Positions 63,164-64,000 of a stretch of 64,000 bases of DNA are shown piece by piece. The DNA is taken from assembly GCF_000142905.1 (NCBI RefSeq), contig NW_013657659.1, positions 336,442 through 400,441 of the forward strand, given 5' to 3'. The stretch comes from Thecamonas trahens ATCC 50062. Lineage: Eukaryota > Protista > Apusomonadida. Within the stretch, counting starts at the first letter, position 1; each line of letters begins with the position of its first letter. The notes beneath the pieces were generated by a model, which searched no databases, had not been told where the DNA came from, and was given only the letters and a program-made list of their open reading frames with translations. The translations under genes were made by a program, and so were the position numbers.

Positions 63164-64000
63164 CTCCCCTTTTCCTCCTCTCTTCCAAGAGATGAGTGTG
63201 CTTCCTTCCCCTACGTTCTCCCTCATCCCCATCCCCATCCCCATCCCCATCTCCCCTCACCCGTCGTCCCTTGCTGTGGGATCCCTCCTCTCCCTCCCCC
63301 CGCCCCCACTGCCCTTGCTCCCATTCCCTCACCCCAGCTCACCGATCTACCTGCGCGCACCCTGCCACACACACACTCTCTCTCTCTCTTTCCCGCTGCC
63401 TCTCCCATGGCTACCATCCAACCATCCACATCGTATAACTCTTCCATCTCCATCGCTCCAACTACTTGGTCACCCACTGTGCTCCTGCTGCCGCGTCATG
63501 GACGCTCTCTGCTCGCCACCCTTGCCCACTGCCCTACACGCCCACCACCAGTCCATATCCACCCAGATTTATCCCGATCCCATCTGCACACTGCCTCCTC
63601 CTCCGATCTATCCTTCTCATCTCCATCTTCCCCGCCCATCCCGCCCCTTCAGCCCATATTGCCCTCACCCCCCCCCTCCCCTATGACTCGACTCATGCCA
63701 CAGCCACTGCCGCTCACACACGCACACACCACTCGGTCACCGATCATGTTCCGCATGCTCGCCCCGCTGCAGCTAGGTATGTACACACTCGAGCAGTGTT
63801 CATGTGATGCTTGCCGTGCATACCGCCTTGCACATGCAGTCTCTTCCCCTCACTAGCGAGTGGGTCGGGGGGGGGAGAGGGGGAGGAGAGGGGGGGGGAC
63901 GGGGTGGAGGGGGGAGATGGTGATCGATGGCAGACGTCCATCCAACACCACCGGCAGAGGACGACCAGGGGATCCGTTGCGGGAAGGGGGTGGGGAGGGG

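Noticed and set aside
62966-63856. 296-aa Pro/Ser/His-rich plus-strand ORF
   Set aside because: It derives from low-complexity C-rich sequence overlapping NSUN5 exon 1 and its promoter, with no domain evidence.

Overview
This is GC-rich, intron-poor, gene-dense eukaryotic (protist) nuclear DNA. The gene content and style suggest an apusomonad such as Thecamonas trahens, but that is inference. About 30 protein-coding genes can be recognised: WRAP73, an RNB exoribonuclease, RPS24, a PUB protein, C2-RhoGAP, COX19, a FERM protein, EXOC2/Sec5, an F-box-ankyrin protein, a bacterial-type ion transporter, SECISBP2, a four-domain stefin, HSF, bHLH, Beclin/ATG6, OXA1, an SLC25A44-like carrier, Josephin-MIT, PLAC8, RapGAP-CNH, a CLC, SNF2-PHD, a metzincin protease, TraB, DONSON, a USP53/54-like protein and NSUN5. 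Three spliceosomal introns could be reconstructed. Over a dozen frameshifts, mostly one missing base in a homopolymer, are best explained as sequencing error. Non-genic features are the 3' end of a hAT transposon, a decayed piggyBac, a ~0.9 kb pentameric satellite, a 16-copy 47-bp minisatellite, a 113-bp tandem duplication and two N gaps. The most interesting leads are a Josephin-MIT fusion deubiquitinase, a CACGTG-type bHLH gene with three intronic E-boxes head-to-head with Beclin, a tetra-stefin, a USP54-MATH-like fusion and the GCGAAGC-rich satellite. No tRNA, rRNA or CRISPR array could be supported. All family calls come from motif recognition, not from database searches.
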